Part shown: piece after piece, positions 56,272-64,000 of the stretch
How positions within the stretch are numbered: position 1 is the first letter of the stretch
How the letters are laid out: each line of letters opens with the position of its first letter
Origin: Escherichia phage vB_EcoM_KAW1E185
Reading direction: 5' to 3' (one strand)
Sequence record: NC_054922.1
DNA length: 64,000 nt
The notes under the pieces: generated by a model
What the model was told of the DNA's origin: nothing
What the model saw: only the letters and a program-made list of their open reading frames with translations
The model's database searches: none
Translations under genes and position numbers: made by a program

Positions 56272-57851
56272 GTAATAATACATATCAACACGTTTCTAAT
56301 GAATCTCGTTATGTAAAATTTGATCCTACAGATACGAATTTTCCACCAGAGATTACTGATGTTCAGGCTGCTATAGCAGCCATTTCTCCTGCTGGCGTAA
56401 ATGGAGTTCCTGATGCATCGTCAACAACAAAGGGAATTTTATTTCTTGCCACTGAACAGGAAGTTATAGATGGAACTAATAATACCAAAGCAGTTACACC
56501 AGCAACGTTGGCAACAAGATTATCATATCCAAACGCAACTGAAACTGTTTACGGATTAACAAGATATTCAACCAATGATGAAGCCATTGCCGGAGTTAAT
56601 AATGAATCTTCTATAACTCCAGCTAAATTTACTGTTGCTCTTAATAATGCGTTTGAAACACGAGTTTCAACTGAATCCTCGAATGGTGTTATTAAAATTT
56701 CATCTCTACCGCAAGCATTAGCTGGTGCAGATGATACTACTGCAATGACTCCATTAAAAACACAGCAGTTAGCTATTAAATTAATTGCGCAAATTGCTCC
56801 TTCTGAAACCACAGCTACTGAATCGGACCAAGGTGTTGTTCAATTAGCAACAGTAGCGCAGGTTCGTCAGGGAACTTTGAGAGAAGGCTATGCAATTTCT
56901 CCTTATACGTTTATGAATTCATCTGCTACTGAAGAATATAAAGGCGTAATTAAATTAGGAACACAATCAGAAGTTAACTCGAATAATGCTTCTGTTGCGG
57001 TTACTGGCGCAACTCTTAATGGTCGTGGTTCTACAACGTCAATGAGAGGCGTAGTTAGATTAACAACAACGGCCGGTTCACAGAGTGGAGGAGATGCTTC
57101 ATCAGCCTTAGCTTGGAATGCTGACGTTATCCACCAAAGAGGCGGTCAAACTATCAATGGAACACTTCGCATTAATAACACGCTTACAATAGCTTCAGGT
57201 GGAGCAAATATTACCGGAACAGTTAACATGACCGGTGGTTATATTCAAGGTAAGCGTGTCGTAACACAAAATGAAATTGATAGAACTATTCCTGTCGGAG
57301 CTATTATGATGTGGGCCGCTGATAGTCTTCCTAGTGATGCTTGGCGTTTTTGCCACGGTGGAACTGTTTCAGCGTCAGATTGTCCATTATATGCTTCTAG
57401 AATTGGAACAAGATATGGCGGAAGCTCATCAAATCCTGGATTGCCTGACATGCGTGGTCTTTTTGTTCGTGGCTCTGGTCGTGGCTCTCACTTAACAAAT
57501 CCAAATGTTAATGGTAATGACCAATTTGGTAAACCTAGATTAGGTGTAGGTTGTACTGGTGGATATGTTGGTGAAGTACAGAAACAGCAGATGTCCTATC
57601 ATAAACATGCTGGTGGATTTGGTGAGCATGATGATTCTGGGGCATTCGGTAATACCCGTAGATCAAATTTTGTTGGTACACGTAAAGGACTTGACTGGGA
57701 TAACCGTTCATACTTCACCAATGATGGATATGAAATTGACCCGGCATCGCAGCGAAATTCCAAATATACGTTAAATCGCCCTGAATTAATTGGAAATGAA
57801 ACACGTCCATGGAACATTTCTTTAAACTACATAATTAAGGTAAAAGAATGA
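56268..57851 (+). CDS. 12: Short tail fibre protein gp12
   Basis: 527 aa, same as T4 gp12. Confidence 0.95.
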   Translation: MSNNTYQHVSNESRYVKFDPTDTNFPPEITDVQAAIAAISPAGVNGVPDASSTTKGILFLATEQEVIDGTNNTKAVTPATLATRLSYPNATETVYGLTRYSTNDEAIAGVNNESSITPAKFTVALNNAFETRVSTESSNGVIKISSLPQALAGADDTTAMTPLKTQQLAIKLIAQIAPSETTATESDQGVVQLATVAQVRQGTLREGYAISPYTFMNSSATEEYKGVIKLGTQSEVNSNNASVAVTGATLNGRGSTTSMRGVVRLTTTAGSQSGGDASSALAWNADVIHQRGGQTINGTLRINNTLTIASGGANITGTVNMTGGYIQGKRVVTQNEIDRTIPVGAIMMWAADSLPSDAWRFCHGGTVSASDCPLYASRIGTRYGGSSSNPGLPDMRGLFVRGSGRGSHLTNPNVNGNDQFGKPRLGVGCTGGYVGEVQKQQMSYHKHAGGFGEHDDSGAFGNTRRSNFVGTRKGLDWDNRSYFTNDGYEIDPASQRNSKYTLNRPELIGNETRPWNISLNYIIKVKE

Positions 57852-59311
57852 CAGATATTGTACTGAATGACTTACCATTCGTTGACGGCCCTCCTGCAGA
57901 GGGCCAGAGCCGCATTTCCTGGATTAAAAACGGCGAAGAAATATTAGGAGCTGACACACAGTATGGAAGCGAAGGTTCAATGAATAGACCTACAGTTTCT
58001 GTACTAAGAAATGTTGAAGTTCTTGATAAAAACATTGGAATACTTAAAACATCTTTAGAAACCGCAAATAGTGATATTAAAACAATTCAGGGCATCTTAG
58101 ATGTATCTGGTGATATTGAAGCTTTGGCCCAAATAAGTATCAATAAAAATGATATTTCTGACCTTAAAACGCTAACCAGTGAACATACAGAAATATTAAA
58201 TGGGACTAATAGTACAGTTGACAGCATTCTTGCTGATATTGGTCCATTTAACTCCGAGGCCAACTCTGTATACAGAACGATCAGAAATGATTTACTATGG
58301 ATAAAGCGTGAACTTGGACAATACACAGGTCAAGATATTAATGGTCTTCCTGTTGTAGGAAATCCTAGTAGTGGAATGAAGCATCGCATTATTAATAATA
58401 CTGATGTCATTACTTCACAGGGAATACGTTTAAGCGAATTAGAAACAAAATTTATTGAATCTGATGTAGGTTCTTTGACTATTGAAGTTGGTAATCTTCG
58501 CGAAGAGCTTGGACCAAAACCACCGTCATTTTCACAGAACGTTTACAGTCGTTTAAATGAAATTGACACTAAACAGACAACAGTTGAGTCTGACATTAGT
58601 GCTATTAAGACCTCAATAGGATATCCAGGAAATAATTCGATTATCACGAGTGTTAATACAAACACTGATAATATTGCATCTATTAATTTAGAGCTAAATC
58701 AAAGTGGAGGTATTAAACAGCGTTTAACCGTTATTGAAACTTCTATTGGATCAGACGATATTCCTTCAAGTATTAAAGGCCAAATCAAAGATAATACAAC
58801 TTCAATCGAATCTCTAAATGGAATCGTCGGTGAAAACACTTCATCTGGTTTAAGAGCGAATGTTTCATGGTTAAACCAAATTGTTGGAACTGATTCTAGC
58901 GGTGGACAACCTTCTCCTCCTGGGTCTCTTTTAAACCGAGTTTCTACAATTGAAACTTCTGTTTCAGGCTTGAATAACGATGTTCAAAACCTACAAGTAG
59001 AGATTGGTAATAACAGCACAGGAATTAAAGGACAAGTTGTAGCGTTAAATACTTTAGTAAATGGAACTAATCCAAACGGTTCAACTGTTGAAGAACGCGG
59101 ATTAACCAATTCAATAAAAGCTAACGAAACTAACATTGCATCAGTTACACAAGAAGTGAATACAGCTAAAGGCAATATATCTTCTTTACAAGACGATGTT
59201 CAAGCTCTCCAAGAAGCCAGTTATATTCCTGAAGCGCCAAGAGATGGGCAAGCTTACGTTCGTAAAGACGGCGAATGGGTATTGCTTTCTACCTTTTTAT
59301 CACCAGCATAA
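57848..59311 (+). CDS. wac: Fibritin (whisker) wac
   Basis: 487 aa; coiled-coil repeats; C-terminal foldon-like [27 protein letters not shown]. Confidence 0.95.
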   Translation: MTDIVLNDLPFVDGPPAEGQSRISWIKNGEEILGADTQYGSEGSMNRPTVSVLRNVEVLDKNIGILKTSLETANSDIKTIQGILDVSGDIEALAQISINKNDISDLKTLTSEHTEILNGTNSTVDSILADIGPFNSEANSVYRTIRNDLLWIKRELGQYTGQDINGLPVVGNPSSGMKHRIINNTDVITSQGIRLSELETKFIESDVGSLTIEVGNLREELGPKPPSFSQNVYSRLNEIDTKQTTVESDISAIKTSIGYPGNNSIITSVNTNTDNIASINLELNQSGGIKQRLTVIETSIGSDDIPSSIKGQIKDNTTSIESLNGIVGENTSSGLRANVSWLNQIVGTDSSGGQPSPPGSLLNRVSTIETSVSGLNNDVQNLQVEIGNNSTGIKGQVVALNTLVNGTNPNGSTVEERGLTNSIKANETNIASVTQEVNTAKGNISSLQDDVQALQEASYIPEAPRDGQAYVRKDGEWVLLSTFLSPA

Positions 59312-59314
59312 CAT

Positions 59315-59330
59315 GGGGCCGCAAGGCCCC
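59315..59330 (+). terminator. Stem-loop (GCAA tetraloop) after wac; weak terminator candidate
   Basis: GGGGCC-GCAA-GGCCCC; no clear U-tract. Confidence 0.35.
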
Positions 59331-59342
59331 AAAGGATTTTAA

Positions 59343-61044
<1,702 letters not shown>

Positions 61045-61085
61045 TAAATATTATAAACTAATTAAAGCCCAGATTAGGAGAAATC

Positions 61086-64000
<2,915 letters not shown>

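Noticed and set aside
44492-59175. Minus-strand and out-of-frame ORFs inside late genes (for example 44492-44701, 46507-46725, 48308-48505, 50607-50879, 52223-52558, 53817-54005, 55162-55455, 56549-56812, 57245-57451, 57599-58035, 58087-58326, 58984-59175)
   Set aside because: Embedded within long, length-matched structural genes 5 through wac on the opposite strand or another frame.

Overview
This window is a contiguous segment of a T4-like (Tequatrovirus-type) myovirus genome. Positions 1 to 43.6 kb are transcribed leftward (minus strand) and hold the early/middle region: recombination nuclease genes 46/47, alpha-glucosyltransferase, late sigma factor 55, anaerobic ribonucleotide reductase nrdD/nrdG, endonuclease VII, nrdC, an ~11 kb block of uncharacterised genes containing several paralog families, rI (apparently frameshifted), tk, regB, a GrcA-like glycyl-radical protein, lysozyme e, a 10-tRNA cluster split by a GIY-YIG homing endonuclease, capsid-targeted internal-protein genes, 57B/57A, 1, 3, 2 and 4. 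Positions 43.7 to 64 kb are transcribed rightward and hold late baseplate, tail-fibre and neck genes 53, 5, 5.4, 6-12, wac, 13-16 and the 5' part of terminase gene 17. Calls rest on motifs visible in the supplied translations, protein lengths matching T4 as recalled from memory, and gene order; no database search or folding program was run. The strongest candidates for something undescribed are an early operon ending in a pol-beta-type nucleotidyltransferase (20.3-23.1 kb), a four-member paralog array with coiled-coil tails (13.6-17.6 kb), a macro-domain gene followed by two secreted proteins (26.4-27.8 kb), and extra capsid-targeting-signal proteins.
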